Shown one piece after another: positions 1-11,835 of a stretch of 60,948 bases of DNA. This DNA is from an uncultured Sutterella sp. (lineage in GTDB: Bacteria > Pseudomonadota > Gammaproteobacteria > Burkholderiales > Burkholderiaceae_F). Every line of letters begins with the position of its first letter. Within the stretch, counting starts at the first letter, position 1. The position numbers and the translations under genes are program-made. The notes under the pieces are model-generated. The model was not told where the DNA came from and did no database searches. It saw only the letters and a list, made by a program, of their open reading frames with translations. Location of the stretch: assembly GCA_900552915.1 (NCBI GenBank), contig USBS01000001.1, positions 1-60,948 on the forward strand, in the 5' to 3' direction.

Positions 1-49
<49 letters not shown>

Positions 50-55
50 GAATTC

Positions 56-90
56 AAAAAGGAGTCGTTTGAAAAAACGGCTCCTTTTTT
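56..90 (+). terminator. Intrinsic terminator after tRNA-Pro
   Basis: AAAAAGGAGTCGTTT / AAACGGCTCCTTTTTT hairpin with T-tract. Confidence 0.8.
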
Positions 91-219
91 CTTTTTGTGC
101 TCCGCCATTTCAGGACCGCTCCGCCTAGAATTGAGTCAAGGACGTCCGATGCGATCCCTTCCTGCCGAGGCGGGAATACTTCGGACGAATGAGAGACGAG
201 AACAAGAAGAGGTCCGACT

Positions 220-831
220 ATGACAATGATCATTGGCATGACTGGCGGCATCGCCTGCGGCAAAACAGCAGCAACGGATGTCTTTCGCAATCTCGGCGTA
301 CCGGTGATCGATGCCGACGAGGTAAGCCGCGAGCTCACGGGCCCCGGCGGAAAAGCGCTGCCTGAAATTGCCGTTGCGTTCGGCGCCGACATGATCGGCA
401 CGCAGGGCATGAAGCGAGACCTGATGCGCGAAATCGTCTTTTCGGATCCCCGCGCCAAAGAAAAGCTCGAATCGATCCTGCACCCGATGATCAAGCGCGA
501 AATGTTCGAGCAGCTCAAAGCTGTCAAGGCCCCCTACGTCATCCTCTCGGTGCCGCTGCTGCTTGAAAGCGGCCGATGGGCCGACGCCGTCAAGCGCGTT
601 TTGGTCATTGACGTGAGCGAAGAAGAGCAAATCAACCGCCTCGTCTACGATCGTCATCTCGGTGAGGAACAGGCACGCGCCATCATTGATTCGCAGATTT
701 CACGCGACAAGCGCATTGCCAGCGCCGACGATCTGATCGACAACAGCGGCACGCTTGAAGAACTCGAGGAAAAGGTTAAAGGCCTGCATCAGTTCTATCT
801 GAAGATGGCCGAAGGCGAAATGGCATCCTGA
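220..831 (+). CDS. coaE: Dephospho-CoA kinase
   Basis: IIGMTGGIACGKT P-loop, VIDADEVSR, LESILHPMI and DNSG motifs. Confidence 0.95.
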   Translation: MTMIIGMTGGIACGKTAATDVFRNLGVPVIDADEVSRELTGPGGKALPEIAVAFGADMIGTQGMKRDLMREIVFSDPRAKEKLESILHPMIKREMFEQLKAVKAPYVILSVPLLLESGRWADAVKRVLVIDVSEEEQINRLVYDRHLGEEQARAIIDSQISRDKRIASADDLIDNSGTLEELEEKVKGLHQFYLKMAEGEMAS

Positions 832-914
832 CGATACCCTCAATAAAAAGGCACTGCTTGAGACCTCTTCCCGTGCAGTGCCTGTCGGTGAGCTCGCGCT
901 TCAGAATCGCGGGC

Positions 915-1157
915 TTACTTTTTGCTGCGCTCCTCTTCTTCCTTTTCACGCTGCATTTTCTCGAGCTGCTCGACGATGAGATCGGGATCGGCCGAGCCCG
1001 GCTCGCCGTGGATGACATACGAGCCGCTTGCCCATTCGCCCAAATCGATCAACTTGCAGCGTTCGGAGCAAAACGGGCGCCAGGGGCTATTCATGTCGTA
1101 CTCGTGCAGCTTCTTGCACGTCGGGCATTTCACCATCATCTTCGTCGTCCTTTTCAA
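915..1157 (-). CDS. yacG: DNA gyrase inhibitor YacG (zinc finger)
   Basis: VKCPTC...[18 protein letters not shown] signature. Confidence 0.92.
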   Translation of the reverse strand: MKRTTKMMVKCPTCKKLHEYDMNSPWRPFCSERCKLIDLGEWASGSYVIHGEPGSADPDLIVEQLEKMQREKEEEERSKK

Positions 1158-1897
1158 ATCTCCACATAGACGCCCTGGGCGCCCAATTGAAGCAGTTCAT
1201 CATTTTCCTGCGCATTATCGGTGGCTGCAACGTACAAAGGCAACCGCTGCCGCGCCACTTGAAGAATGCCGCGCCCATCGGCCTGCGGACGAATCGCTCC
1301 TACAAGCCACTCCTGCAGTTCCGGCTGCGCGGTCTCGTCTTCGGTTGCAAACCACTGGCGGCACACAATGAGCGGCACGCCGAGGCTCTTTGCGAAAGCT
1401 TCCTTTTGAGACGTAAGCTCAGGCGTCATCAGAGCCTTCGCGCCGCTGGCTTCAAATGCTTCAACCGTCGGCAGCGCATCGCCTCTTGCGAGCGCCACAC
1501 GCTGCGGCAGCATCAGTCGTTCGATCACGAGCGCGCACATCGGAAGTAGCTTTTCACTCTGCGCTTCCTTGAGTGTCGCAAACCACCGGAAGGTCTGATG
1601 TTCAAGCGATTCGGGCTCCCCTTCCCATTCGGTGATGCGGCAGAAGTGAAGACGCACATAAGCGTGCGGGTATTCGCGCTCGAACACAAACCAAGTGCTT
1701 GCTTTCTTAACCGTCACGGCGAGCTCTTCGGCATATTCGCGGGCAAGCGCCTGCAGCACCGTTTCGCCGGCTTCGAGCTTACCTCCGGGAAACTCCCACC
1801 AACCGGCGTAGGGCTTGCCTTGCGGGCGGCTTGCCATTAAAAACCGTCCGTCGCGATCAACCAGAACGCCGACGGCCACTTCGGTTACTTCACGCAT
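1154..1897 (-). CDS. mutT: Nudix hydrolase, MutT-like 8-oxo-dGTP diphosphatase with C-terminal extension
   Basis: Nudix box [24 protein letters not shown]; usual position next to argJ/secA. Confidence 0.85.
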   Translation of the reverse strand: MREVTEVAVGVLVDRDGRFLMASRPQGKPYAGWWEFPGGKLEAGETVLQALAREYAEELAVTVKKASTWFVFEREYPHAYVRLHFCRITEWEGEPESLEHQTFRWFATLKEAQSEKLLPMCALVIERLMLPQRVALARGDALPTVEAFEASGAKALMTPELTSQKEAFAKSLGVPLIVCRQWFATEDETAQPELQEWLVGAIRPQADGRGILQVARQRLPLYVAATDNAQENDELLQLGAQGVYVEI

Positions 1898-1899
1898 TT

Positions 1900-2820
1900 T
1901 TAGGCCTTTGTTTTCAACGCCTCACGAGCACCCACCATTTTGGCGAACTGCATCGCCACACGACCGCTTCGGCCTCCGCGCTCGATCGCCCACTGAACCG
2001 CTTCCAGACGCAGTTCTTCGGATCGACGCACGGCTTCGGGCACCTCATAAAGCTCACAAGCTTGATCCAACACCTTGAGATACTCGGCCTGCGAGAACGG
2101 ATAAAAGGAAAGCCACAGTCCGAAGCGTTCTGCAAGCGAAAGCTTTTCTTCGAGCACTTCTCCGGGGTGCAGATCCCCGTTTTCGTCGAGTTCGGACGTG
2201 AGATTGTCGCTTGCGGGCTCGGGCATCAAATGCCGACGATTGCTCGTGGCGTAGACCAGAATGTGATTGCCGCCCGTAGAAACCGAACCGTCCAAAGCTG
2301 CCTTCAGAGCTTTATAGCCGCTCTCGCCCAGCTCGAACGAAAGGTCGTCGCAATAAAGGATGAAGCGCTCGCTGCGGTCCTCGAGCGTATGAACAATCTC
2401 AAAGAGATCGCGCAGATCTTCTTTGCCCACCTCAATCAGGCGCAGCCCCGCGTCAAAAAAACGTGCTGCGCAGCCCCGGATAAGCGAACTCTTGCCCGTG
2501 CCGCGAGCTCCGGTCAAAAGCACATTGTTGGCCGGAAGCCCCTGTACAAATGCCGCCGTGTTGTCCAAAAGAAGCTTCTTTTGCCGATCGACGTAGAGCA
2601 GATGATCGAGGTCAACGGACGCAAAGGATTCCACGGGCATCAGGCGCCCCAACTCTGTACCAAGATAGGTGCGCTTCACCCATCGATAGACCGGAGCACT
2701 CCAGTCGAAATCTTCCGCCGCAGGAGGCAACAGTTGGCCGAAGCGAAGCAAAAGCTCGGCAGCAAGCTTTTCCGTGCCGCCTTCGGCGAGAATTTTGACC
2801 AAATCTTTTGCTTGAGACAT
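1900..2820 (-). CDS. AAA+ ATP-binding protein (DUF815 family)
   Basis: PANNVLLTGARGTGKSS Walker A, FILYCDDLSF, YATSNRRHL; start placed at ATG 2820 just after the argJ stop. Confidence 0.88.
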   Translation of the reverse strand: MSQAKDLVKILAEGGTEKLAAELLLRFGQLLPPAAEDFDWSAPVYRWVKRTYLGTELGRLMPVESFASVDLDHLLYVDRQKKLLLDNTAAFVQGLPANNVLLTGARGTGKSSLIRGCAARFFDAGLRLIEVGKEDLRDLFEIVHTLEDRSERFILYCDDLSFELGESGYKALKAALDGSVSTGGNHILVYATSNRRHLMPEPASDNLTSELDENGDLHPGEVLEEKLSLAERFGLWLSFYPFSQAEYLKVLDQACELYEVPEAVRRSEELRLEAVQWAIERGGRSGRVAMQFAKMVGAREALKTKA

Positions 2821-2824
2821 AGGC

Positions 2825-4051
2825 TTAACTGCGATAGTCGGCATTGATCGAAACGTAGTCGTGCGAAAGGTCTGTCGTCCAAACGGTTTCTTCGGCCGAT
2901 CCTCGCCCCAGATCAATGCGCACGAGAATTTCCGGCTTGGCCATCACACGCACCCCGTCTTCTTCCTTGTACTCGGAAGCTCGCCCGCCATTGCGGGCAA
3001 CCTGAACATCATCGAGCCACAGGTTGACCTGCCCGGCATCAAGATCGGCCACGCGGGCATTGCCCACGGCCGCGAGAATTCGCCCGAGATTGGGATCGGA
3101 CGCAAAAAAAGCGGTCTTCACCAAAGGCGACCGCGCCACCGAGTAGCACACCTGAAGAGCTTCGGCCTGCGTGCGGGCGCCCTGCACATTCACCGTGATG
3201 AATTTCGTCGCGCCTTCGCCGTCGCGCACCATCGACTGCGCCAAATGCCGCGCCACAATCGTAAGCGCCTCGACAAGCGCTTCAAAGCGGGGATCGGCTT
3301 CGGATTCGACGACAAGTTCGCTTTTGCCGGTGGCAATGACGATGAAGGAGTCGTTCGTGCTGGTGTCGCCGTCGACCGTGATGCGGTTAAAGCTCGCATC
3401 GGCAACGCGCTTGGCAACCTTGGCAAGCACGTCGGGCGCAACTCCCGCGTCGGTTGCAATAAAGCCCAGCATCGTAGCCATGTTCGGCTCAATCATGCCG
3501 GAGCCCTTGCTGATGCCCGTGATCGTCAAAAGTTTGCCGTCGATGATTGCCTTGCTCGAAAAAGCCTTCGAAACCGTATCGGTCGTCATAATGGCCTGAG
3601 CCGCTTCAATCCAGTTGTCGGCCGAGAGATTTTCAACTGCTTTGGGAATACCGGCCAGCAAGCGATCCATGGGCAGCGGCTCCATGATGACGCCGGTAGA
3701 AAAAACGAGCGTTTCTTCGGACTTGCATCCGAGCTCGCGAGCGAGCGCCTCGCACTCGGCCTTCGCATCGGCCAAGCCCGCCTCGCCGGTGCCGGCATTG
3801 GCAATTCCGGTGTTGACCACCAGACCACGAACCGCCTTCGTTACGGACTGATGCGCGCGGCACACCTGCACCGGCGCCGCGGCAAAGCGATTCTGGGTAA
3901 ACACACCCGCTGCGTTCGTGCCCTGCGCAAACCGCATCACCATCATGTCGCGGCGGTTGGGCTTACGGATTGCCGCCATCGTCGTCCCGAGTTCAACACC
4001 TGCCACAGCAAAAATCGCCTTGGGATCGGGCGGCAAAAGATTGACTGCCAT
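2825..4051 (-). CDS. argJ: Bifunctional ornithine acetyltransferase/N-acetylglutamate synthase
   Basis: [14 protein letters not shown] autoproteolysis motif, [25 protein letters not shown] end. Confidence 0.96.
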   Translation of the reverse strand: MAVNLLPPDPKAIFAVAGVELGTTMAAIRKPNRRDMMVMRFAQGTNAAGVFTQNRFAAAPVQVCRAHQSVTKAVRGLVVNTGIANAGTGEAGLADAKAECEALARELGCKSEETLVFSTGVIMEPLPMDRLLAGIPKAVENLSADNWIEAAQAIMTTDTVSKAFSSKAIIDGKLLTITGISKGSGMIEPNMATMLGFIATDAGVAPDVLAKVAKRVADASFNRITVDGDTSTNDSFIVIATGKSELVVESEADPRFEALVEALTIVARHLAQSMVRDGEGATKFITVNVQGARTQAEALQVCYSVARSPLVKTAFFASDPNLGRILAAVGNARVADLDAGQVNLWLDDVQVARNGGRASEYKEEDGVRVMAKPEILVRIDLGRGSAEETVWTTDLSHDYVSINADYRS

Positions 4052-4170
4052 GCCTGAAGACTCCTTATTGTTTTTTTATTCTGTTGCACACCGCAGCCGA
4101 GTTTCCGCGTGTGCGCCGACTGCCTAATTATGCTCCTGCGGCACAGCCGAACCGCATCTATTCAGACAAC

Positions 4171-4226
4171 AAAAAAACTCCTGCGCCAAACGGTTCGTGA
4201 GAAAACCGCCGAAACGCAGGAGCTTT
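4171..4226 (-). terminator. Terminator-like hairpin after secA
   Basis: CTCCTGCG/CGCAGGAG stem followed by T7 on the minus strand. Confidence 0.6.
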
Positions 4227-4251
4227 GCTTAACCGCAAGTGCTCGGATCGA

Positions 4252-6936
4252 TCACTTCAGCTTGCCGTGGCAGTCCTTGAAGCGCTTGCCGGAGCCGCAC
4301 GGGCACGGATCGTTGCGGCCCACATGCGAGAAATCCAGAGCGGGCGCATCGTCGTGCTGCGTGGCGGAATTTTCCAGTCGAGACTGACCGGCCTGCTGAC
4401 TTGCTTCAGCCGCCTGCTGAGCTTCTTCGGGCAACTGGATCTGGACATGCATCAGCACGCGGCAGACGCCTTCGCGAACGGTATCAAGCAGCGTTTCGAA
4501 CATGGAGAACGCTTCGCGCTTGTATTCCTGCTTGGGCTGCTTCTGAGCGTAACCGCGCAGATAGATGCCCTGTCGCAGCGCGTCGAGAGCCGTAATGTGC
4601 TGGCGCCAGGTCGTATCGAGCACCTGCAGCAACACATGGCGGCAGAAGCCTGCCCATGCATCGTGGCCGACCAGATCTTCCTTGGCTTTTTCGATGGCGT
4701 TTGCCGTCTCGATAAGCTTCTTCAAAAGATCTTCGTCGGTCGTATCGTTGCTCGCTTCGAGCATGCCCTTCATATCGATGTCGATGCCCCAGTTGGACTT
4801 GAGTTCGCTCAAAAGACCGTCAAGATCCCACTGTTCTTCGACCGTTTCAGCCGGCACGCGGGCACGGAACAGATCCGTGAAATACCCTTCGCGCAGGTTG
4901 TTGATCATTTCGCTGACGTCGGTGCTTTCGAGAATTTCGTTGCGCAGACGATAGATTTCACGGCGCTGATCGTTTTGCACGTCGTCAAACTCAAGCAGCT
5001 GCTTGCGAATGTCGTAGTTGCGGCCTTCGACCTTGCGCTGAGCGCTCTCGATCATGCGGGTGAGCATCTTGCTTTCGATCGCCACGCCCTCTTCGAGCTT
5101 AAGTCGGTCGGCAATGGCACGCATACGATCGCCGCCGAAAATGCGAAGCAGCTGGTCTTCCATCGACAGATAGAACACGGAACTGCCCGGGTCGCCCTGA
5201 CGGCCGGATCGGCCGCGCAGCTGATTGTCGATGCGGCGGGATTCGTGACGCTCGCTGCCGATAATGCGCAAGCCGCCGGCAGCAACCACTTGATCGTGCT
5301 GCACCTGCCATTCGGCCTTGAGCGCGGCAATCTTGGCTTCCTTTTCTTCAGCCGAGAGCGTGTCGTCGGCACGGATTTCGTCGACCTGATGATTGATGCC
5401 GCCGCCCAGCACAATGTCGGTACCGCGGCCGGCCATGTTGGTCGCAATCGTCACCATGCCGAGGCGCCCGGCTTCAAGCACCACCTGAGCTTCACGTTCG
5501 TGCTGCTTTGCGTTCAGAACGTTGTGCGCAATGCCTTCCTTGGTGAGCATCTGCGAAATGCGTTCGGAATTTTCAATCGAGGTTGTGCCGACCAGCACAG
5601 GCTGACCGCGTCCCTGACATTCCTTAATGTCCTCGATGATCGCCGCGTATTTTTCGTTTTCGGTGCGGTAGACCTTGTCCTGCTGGTCAACTCGGATCAT
5701 CTGGCGGTTGGTCGGAATCACCACGGTTTCAAGACCGTAGATGTCCTGGAATTCGTAGGCTTCGGTATCGGCCGTACCGGTCATGCCCGCCAGCTTCTTG
5801 TACATGCGGAAGTAGTTCTGGAACGTGATGGAAGCCATCGTCTGGTTTTCCTGACGAATTTCCACGCCTTCCTTGGCTTCCACTGCCTGATGCAAGCCGT
5901 CGGACCAGCGGCGGCCGGGCATAAGGCGTCCGGTGAATTCGTCGACGATGATGACTTCGCCGTTCTGAACCACGTACTGCTGATCGCGGAAAAAGAGCGT
6001 ATGCGCACGCAACGAAGCATTCAGATGGTGCATCAGAATGATGTTCTGCGGCGAGTAAAGGCTCGAGCCGTTGGCAATCAGACCGCGCTCGGTGAGGATC
6101 TTTTCAACCTTCTCGTGTCCCTTTTCGGAGAGGTACACCTGATGGGCCTTTTCGTCGACCCAATAGTCGCCTTCGCCCTTTTCGTCGGCCTGGCGCGTGA
6201 GAAGCGGCGGAATCTGATTGACAGCCTTGTAAAGATCGGTGTTGTCGTCGGCTGCACCCGAGATGATGAGCGGCGTACGCGCTTCGTCGATCAGAATCGA
6301 GTCGACTTCGTCGACGATGGCGTAGTGCAGAGGACGCTGACGGCGGTTGCCGACTTCGTACTCCATGTTGTCGCGCAGGTAGTCGAAGCCGAATTCGTTG
6401 TTCGTGCCGTACGTAATGTCGGCGGCGTAGGCAATCTTCTTCGATTCGGTGTCCTGCTGGGAAAGAATCGTGCCAACCGACATGCCGAGGAAGTTATAAA
6501 GGCGTCCCATCCAGGCCGCGTCGCGGCTGGCAAGGTAATCGTTGACGGTCACAACATGCACGCCCTTGGCGGGAAGCGCATTCAAGTACACGGCAAGCGT
6601 TGCAGTGAGCGTCTTGCCTTCACCGGTGCGCATTTCGGCGATCTTGCCGTCGTTCAGAACCATGCCGCCGATGAGCTGAACGTCGAAGTGGCGCATGCCG
6701 AGAACTCGGCGGCTGGCTTCGCGCACAACCGCGAACGCTTCGGGCAACAGCGCATCGAGCGTTTCGCCCTTTTCAAGGCGATCGCGGAATTCGGCAGTCT
6801 TGCCCTGCAGCTGCTCGTCGGTAAGAGCCTGCATCTGAGGCTCGAGCTTGTTGATCTGGGCGCAGCGCTTGCGGTACTGACGAACCAAACGGTCGTTGCG
6901 GCTGCCGAAAATCTTGGTAAGGAACGAATCAAACAT
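4252..6936 (-). CDS. secA: Preprotein translocase ATPase SecA
   Basis: [28 protein letters not shown]-terminal SEC-C motif [19 protein letters not shown]. Confidence 0.98.
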   Translation of the reverse strand: MFDSFLTKIFGSRNDRLVRQYRKRCAQINKLEPQMQALTDEQLQGKTAEFRDRLEKGETLDALLPEAFAVVREASRRVLGMRHFDVQLIGGMVLNDGKIAEMRTGEGKTLTATLAVYLNALPAKGVHVVTVNDYLASRDAAWMGRLYNFLGMSVGTILSQQDTESKKIAYAADITYGTNNEFGFDYLRDNMEYEVGNRRQRPLHYAIVDEVDSILIDEARTPLIISGAADDNTDLYKAVNQIPPLLTRQADEKGEGDYWVDEKAHQVYLSEKGHEKVEKILTERGLIANGSSLYSPQNIILMHHLNASLRAHTLFFRDQQYVVQNGEVIIVDEFTGRLMPGRRWSDGLHQAVEAKEGVEIRQENQTMASITFQNYFRMYKKLAGMTGTADTEAYEFQDIYGLETVVIPTNRQMIRVDQQDKVYRTENEKYAAIIEDIKECQGRGQPVLVGTTSIENSERISQMLTKEGIAHNVLNAKQHEREAQVVLEAGRLGMVTIATNMAGRGTDIVLGGGINHQVDEIRADDTLSAEEKEAKIAALKAEWQVQHDQVVAAGGLRIIGSERHESRRIDNQLRGRSGRQGDPGSSVFYLSMEDQLLRIFGGDRMRAIADRLKLEEGVAIESKMLTRMIESAQRKVEGRNYDIRKQLLEFDDVQNDQRREIYRLRNEILESTDVSEMINNLREGYFTDLFRARVPAETVEEQWDLDGLLSELKSNWGIDIDMKGMLEASNDTTDEDLLKKLIETANAIEKAKEDLVGHDAWAGFCRHVLLQVLDTTWRQHITALDALRQGIYLRGYAQKQPKQEYKREAFSMFETLLDTVREGVCRVLMHVQIQLPEEAQQAAEASQQAGQSRLENSATQHDDAPALDFSHVGRNDPCPCGSGKRFKDCHGKLK

Positions 6937-7198
6937 ATATCAACCGGTTAAGTGTGCACTACCGCAAAAACGGCGGACAAAACAGTACGCGGCGGCAGTA
7001 CAAAAAACGGGCACAACATCGCCTGCGACGTCATGCTCGCACAATGGCGCTAATTATAAGCAAACGCACAATCGCCTTTCGTTTGGATATTTTTCGAGAT
7101 TGTTCCTGTTTCTTTCCGAAGAAAAGCGAGAAGAATTCGCGCTCCGGCTGTAGACTAAAGCGCACATCGGTATTGAACGCTTTTCGCTATTTTTCCTC

Positions 7199-7696
7199 AT
7201 GACCGCCAACGTACGCATCACGCGCGCCAATGCACGTTCCTTTGCCCAGATCAGTCTTGACCGAACCATGTCGGAAAACCTCGGTCAGGAGCTCTTCGAC
7301 GTTCGGCGTATCGCCCGCGTGCTCCAGCCTCTGGCCAAGAGCCTCAATGTCGGTCTCAACGTCGCCGACATCCGCAATCTGCGCCGCGAAAACGGTGAAA
7401 TCGTGATTCTGGTAAAGAACCCCGCGCAGCACGCTAAGCTGCGTCAGGTGCTGCCCAGGCTGCAGATGAAACTTGAAGAAGCGGGGTATCGCGATCAAAT
7501 CAAGCTGCGGATCAATCCGCCCGTTCCGGGGCCTGAGCTGCGGCAAAACCTTGCGCTCGGGCAGCCGCGAAGCGCTTCGGAGCAGAGCATCGAAACCATT
7601 CGCAAAAAAGCCGAGAGCTTGAAGCCCTCGGCTGTGAAAGATGCATTGGCGTCACTGGCAAAAACGCTCGAAGCAGTGACCCCGCCGAAATCCTAA
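7199..7696 (+). CDS. DciA/DUF721-like protein (replicative helicase loading factor)
   Basis: Divergent gene between secA and lpxC, the usual DciA position in Burkholderiales; size and [10 protein letters not shown] segment fit. Confidence 0.55.
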   Translation: MTANVRITRANARSFAQISLDRTMSENLGQELFDVRRIARVLQPLAKSLNVGLNVADIRNLRRENGEIVILVKNPAQHAKLRQVLPRLQMKLEEAGYRDQIKLRINPPVPGPELRQNLALGQPRSASEQSIETIRKKAESLKPSAVKDALASLAKTLEAVTPPKS

Positions 7697-8619
7697 ATAG
7701 CGGCGCTGGCGTAATCTCCCGCAACCGATTCGTCTTCCTTGAACGGACGGTTGGAGGCCTTCACCTCGGCAATTTCCCAAGAAGAGGGATCGGCCAAAAG
7801 CGCACGAAGCAACCGATTGTTGAGTGCATGACCCGACTTGTAAGCCACGTAGCGCGCCAGCAGCGGGTGACCGAGCACATACAGATCTCCCATGGCGTCG
7901 AGCATTTTGTGCTTGACGAACTCGTCGTCGGAACGAAGACCGCCCACGTTGAGCACGCGGAATTCATCCATCACGATGGCGTTCTCAAGCGTGCCGCCCT
8001 TAGCCAGCCCCATGGAGCGCAACAGCTCCACTTCGGAGACAAAACCGAAGGTGCGGGCGCGGCTTACGGCCTGCTCGTAGGTTTCCTGCCCCAGATCAAC
8101 AACGGCGTGCTGCACGGTTGAGTCAATAGCGGGATGACCGAAGGCAATCGTGAAGTCGAGGATCATGCCCTCGTGCGGTTCCAAACGCGCCCACTTGTCT
8201 CCGTCTCGCACTTCAACGGGCTTTTTTACGCGCACAAAGCGTCGCGGCACAGGCTGCTCAAGAATGCCGGCACTGCGAATGAGATAAACAAAGGAAGCCC
8301 CCGATCCATCCATGATCGGAATTTCCGGCGCATTGATCTCGATGATCAGGTTGTCGATCGCCAGCCCGTTCAAGGCACTCATCAAGTGCTCGATCGTCGA
8401 GACGATCACCTTGCCTTCGTTGAGCGTCGTTGCCATGCGCGTGTCGTTGACGGACTCGGCGCGGCTCGGCAGATCCACGGGCGGCGTCACGTCGACGCGG
8501 CGAAAAACAATCCCGTTGTCAGGCGGCGCCGGACGCATGACAAGCTTCACTTTGCGGCCGGAATGCAGTCCGATGCCGACCGCCGAAATCGTCTGCTTGA
8601 TCGTTCGCTGCTTGATCAT
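7693..8619 (-). CDS. lpxC: UDP-3-O-acyl-N-acetylglucosamine deacetylase
   Basis: [39 protein letters not shown]. Confidence 0.97.
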   Translation of the reverse strand: MIKQRTIKQTISAVGIGLHSGRKVKLVMRPAPPDNGIVFRRVDVTPPVDLPSRAESVNDTRMATTLNEGKVIVSTIEHLMSALNGLAIDNLIIEINAPEIPIMDGSGASFVYLIRSAGILEQPVPRRFVRVKKPVEVRDGDKWARLEPHEGMILDFTIAFGHPAIDSTVQHAVVDLGQETYEQAVSRARTFGFVSEVELLRSMGLAKGGTLENAIVMDEFRVLNVGGLRSDDEFVKHKMLDAMGDLYVLGHPLLARYVAYKSGHALNNRLLRALLADPSSWEIAEVKASNRPFKEDESVAGDYASAAI

Positions 8620-8631
8620 GCCCGACTGCTG

Positions 8632-9915
8632 TTACTTGTTGTTGCGCAGAATGCTCGGAACGCCAGCAAGGTAGGGCGCATCCGTCGAACCGGACGTATT
8701 GCCCCACACATCGGGTTCGGCCGAGCTCGGCTGCTGAACGGGTGCCGCGGGCTGAGAGGCGGGTTCATAGCGCGGTTCGGACGCCGACGGTGCAAAGGAC
8801 GGAGCCACGACTACGGAAGGCGCAACCGCGGGCTGAGCAACGGATGCAGCAGGAGACTGAACAATCGACGTCGGCTGCTGAACCGGGCGAGCGTTCGACG
8901 GGAAAACATCCGGCCACTTTGCGTCGCTCGGAGCTTGCTGCGCATCGGACACTGGGCGATCCAGACCGGTTGCCACCACCGTGACGCGCAGCTCTTCGCC
9001 CATTTCGTTGTCGAAGGCCGTACCGATAAGCTGGATGGCATCCTTGCTCACGAAGTTCTTCATTACGGTCATGACCTGACGAACTTCGGCCTGCGTCATC
9101 GTGTCGGCCGATGCCGTCACGTACACGAGCAGACCGCGAGCGCCCTGCAGATTGGCGCCTTCGAGCAGCGGGCACGCAATGGCCTTTTGAGCCGCCTCGC
9201 GAGCGCGATCCGCGCCGGAAGCGGTTGCGGTACCCATCATGGCGGTGCCGCGTTCGCTCATCACCGTGCGCAAGTCTTCGAAGTCGACGTTGATGAGACC
9301 CGGCGTGTGGATGATTTCGGCAATGCCGTTACAGGCCTTGTAGAGCACATCGTCGGCCGCTGCAAAGCATTCAACCATCGTGGCATTGTCGCCCACTTCC
9401 TCTTCGAGCTTGTCGTTGAGAATCACGATGAGGCTGTCGACCTGCTCCTTGAGGTTTTCGATACCCGCCTGAGCCTGACGCATACGACGGGAGCCCTCAA
9501 ATTCGAAAGGCTTGGTGACGACGGCAACAGTGAGAATGCCGAGCTCCTTGGCAACCTTGGCAATAACGGGAGCCGCACCGGTACCGGTGCCGCCGCCCAT
9601 GCCGGCCGTAATAAAGAGCAGGTGCGTGCCTTCGAGCGCTTCACGGATCTGATCCGTAGCCTCCATGGCTGCAGCAGCGCCCACCTCGGGCTTGGCTCCG
9701 GCGCCCAACCCGGTCTTGCCGAGCGGAATCACGATGTCGGCTCGAGAGCGATTGAGAGCCTGCTGGTCGGTATTGGCCGCAATAAAAGTAATGCCCTGAG
9801 CCTTTTTGTCGATCATGTGCTCGACGGCATTACCGCCGCCACCGCCCACACCGATGACCTTAATGCACGCATTAAAAACCGGAATGGGGCTTTCAGGAGC
9901 AAAATCAAAAGACAT
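8632..9915 (-). CDS. ftsZ: Cell division protein FtsZ
   Basis: [14 protein letters not shown], tubulin motif [18 protein letters not shown]7 loop, Pro/Ala/Ser-rich linker. Confidence 0.97.
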   Translation of the reverse strand: MSFDFAPESPIPVFNACIKVIGVGGGGGNAVEHMIDKKAQGITFIAANTDQQALNRSRADIVIPLGKTGLGAGAKPEVGAAAAMEATDQIREALEGTHLLFITAGMGGGTGTGAAPVIAKVAKELGILTVAVVTKPFEFEGSRRMRQAQAGIENLKEQVDSLIVILNDKLEEEVGDNATMVECFAAADDVLYKACNGIAEIIHTPGLINVDFEDLRTVMSERGTAMMGTATASGADRAREAAQKAIACPLLEGANLQGARGLLVYVTASADTMTQAEVRQVMTVMKNFVSKDAIQLIGTAFDNEMGEELRVTVVATGLDRPVSDAQQAPSDAKWPDVFPSNARPVQQPTSIVQSPAASVAQPAVAPSVVVAPSFAPSASEPRYEPASQPAAPVQQPSSAEPDVWGNTSGSTDAPYLAGVPSILRNNK

Positions 9916-10103
9916 TCGCTGTTCCCTTCTTATCCTTAAGCTCGCACGAGGCGCCGCGGCCCGATTCGGTGAAAAACGCTTCCCCGTGCACTATGAAGTC
10001 ATTTTGTGGATCGCATCCACGAATCTGTTAATTATCGCCGATTTTGCCGACGAAAAGGACCTTTTCTTCTAAGGAAGTTTGTCGCACGACGTTAATGTGC
10101 TCG

Positions 10104-10820
10104 CTAAACGAGTTCAAACACTTGGGGCGACCACTCGATTCGCCCCCGTCCATGCTCTTGCAGCCAATCGTTGGCCGCCCTGAAATGCCCGCAACCGATG
10201 AAGGGAACAGGCGGGCGACGCGCCGAAAGCGGCGACGGATGATTGCTCATAAGGACCAGTACGTCCGTCCTAGCCTTCGTTTCAATCAGTTCCTTCTTCT
10301 TTTGTGCGCTGGCTCCCCAGAGCATGAAAACGACAGGTTTGCCTTCCTCAAGCACCCGTTCGATCAACCGATCGGTAAGCACTTCCCAGCCTTTGCCTGC
10401 ATGCGATTGCGGAGCCCCGTCCTCAACGGTAAGGGTCGCGTTCAAAAGCAGGACACCCTGCTTAACCCAATCGGACAAATCCCCCGACGGCAATGACTGC
10501 CCCTCACCCTCTTGAGCAATTTCCTTGAAAATGTTCTTGAGGCTCGGCGGAAGCTTCTTGAGAGTTGCAGGAACCGAAAAAGCCATTCCCATCGCCTGTC
10601 CCGGTCCATGATAGGGGTCCTGTCCCAGTATCACAACGCGTACGTCTTCGGGCGCAGCAAGCCGCAGCACGCGGTACGGGTCCGTCGGGTACACAACGGC
10701 ACCCGCTTCAATGCGCTGCCGCAGGAAATGAAGCAGACTTGTTCCGTCCTCGGAATCAAAAAAGCGGCTCAGTTCATCCTGCCAGGCCGGCAACAGGCCG
10801 TTGATATCAAATCGCTTCAC
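10104..10820 (-). CDS. ung: Uracil-DNA glycosylase
   Basis: VILGQDPYHG and HPSPLS catalytic motifs; GTG start overlaps the trpC stop. Confidence 0.96.
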   Translation of the reverse strand: MKRFDINGLLPAWQDELSRFFDSEDGTSLLHFLRQRIEAGAVVYPTDPYRVLRLAAPEDVRVVILGQDPYHGPGQAMGMAFSVPATLKKLPPSLKNIFKEIAQEGEGQSLPSGDLSDWVKQGVLLLNATLTVEDGAPQSHAGKGWEVLTDRLIERVLEEGKPVVFMLWGASAQKKKELIETKARTDVLVLMSNHPSPLSARRPPVPFIGCGHFRAANDWLQEHGRGRIEWSPQVFELV

Positions 10821-11617
10821 AAGAGAGCTCCAAACAACTGCTGCATTGCGACGCCGGGCGAAGCCTCACGCATGAAAGCCTCACCCACCAAGAAGGCCTT
10901 GACGCCGGCATCTCTCAGCCGCGTGACATCGGCAACGGTGCGAATGCCGCTTTCGGTCACCAAAAGCCGATTGGGCGGCACCAGGTGCATCAAGGCAAGC
11001 GTTTGATCTACGCTCGTCATAAAAGTGCGCAAGTTGCGGTTATTGATGCCGATAAGGGGATTTCCCGGCAATTTCAGCGCGCGCGCAATTTCCTCTTCAT
11101 CGTGAGTTTCCACCAACACATCCATGCCGAGCGACTGAGCGCAAACCGTCAATTCGTGAGCTTTAGCGTCATCCAGAGCGCGCATGATCACCAATACGGC
11201 GTCCGCCCCCATCGCCCTCGCCTCATAGATCTGGTACACATCGATCATGAAGTCCTTTCGCAGCATCGGGATATCGACAGCTCGGCGCACGGAGGCAAAA
11301 ACCTCGTTTGACCCCATAAAGAACTCCCGATCCGTCAAAACCGAAAGGCAGGCCGCGCCGTGCTCGGCGTAGTCCGTCCCTGTTTCCGCAGGACGGAAGT
11401 TGTCGCAAATCACACCCTTGCTCGGGCTGGCCTTCTTTACTTCGGCAATGACGGCAGGCAGTCCGACCTGCACCTTATTGACCAACGCCCGCGCAAAACC
11501 GCGTGCAGGAGCCTGTGCCGCCGCAGCGCTTTTAACAAGCTCAAGCGGCCACAGTGCTTTCGCCTCACTTACCTCTCGGCCCTTGACCGTGAGAATTTTT
11601 TCCAGAATGTCGGCCAT
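10817..11617 (-). CDS. trpC: Indole-3-glycerol phosphate synthase
   Basis: IAEVKKASPSKG, LSVLTD, LRKDF, GINNRNL, ESGI, FLVGE; start at MADILEKI (11617). Confidence 0.95.
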   Translation of the reverse strand: MADILEKILTVKGREVSEAKALWPLELVKSAAAAQAPARGFARALVNKVQVGLPAVIAEVKKASPSKGVICDNFRPAETGTDYAEHGAACLSVLTDREFFMGSNEVFASVRRAVDIPMLRKDFMIDVYQIYEARAMGADAVLVIMRALDDAKAHELTVCAQSLGMDVLVETHDEEEIARALKLPGNPLIGINNRNLRTFMTSVDQTLALMHLVPPNRLLVTESGIRTVADVTRLRDAGVKAFLVGEAFMREASPGVAMQQLFGALL

Positions 11618-11807
11618 TGTTTTTCTCTGCGTTTGTTCCTGTGCCGTTACGGGACACGACGTAAGATCCGAAGATTCTACTTGCAGGCCACACATGCCCG
11701 AGCGACGGAAGCATCCTTTTCGATGCCAATTAGGAAAATCAGATTGTCCAAAAATGCAGGCGAATTCGAGTCCCTCCTCGGCACTACGAAATTTTTTCGG
11801 AAAAAAT

Positions 11808-11835
11808 TTGCAAGACAAAGAAGTTTTCTTATAAT
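11808..11835 (+). promoter_or_regulatory. Sigma70 promoter of the tRNA cluster
   Basis: TTGCAA-N16-TATAAT ending 12 nt before tRNA-Pro, with an AT-rich UP-like tract upstream. Confidence 0.75.

Noticed and set aside
4225..6951. 908-aa ORF antisense to secA, and similar long antisense ORFs opposite argJ, ftsZ, pepN, uvrA, the M20 gene and EF-G
   Set aside because: Shadow ORFs expected from codon bias in GC-rich genes; no recognisable motifs
8700..8960. Low-complexity Pro/Ala/Ser/Gln stretch in ftsZ
   Set aside because: Normal disordered FtsZ linker, not a DNA repeat
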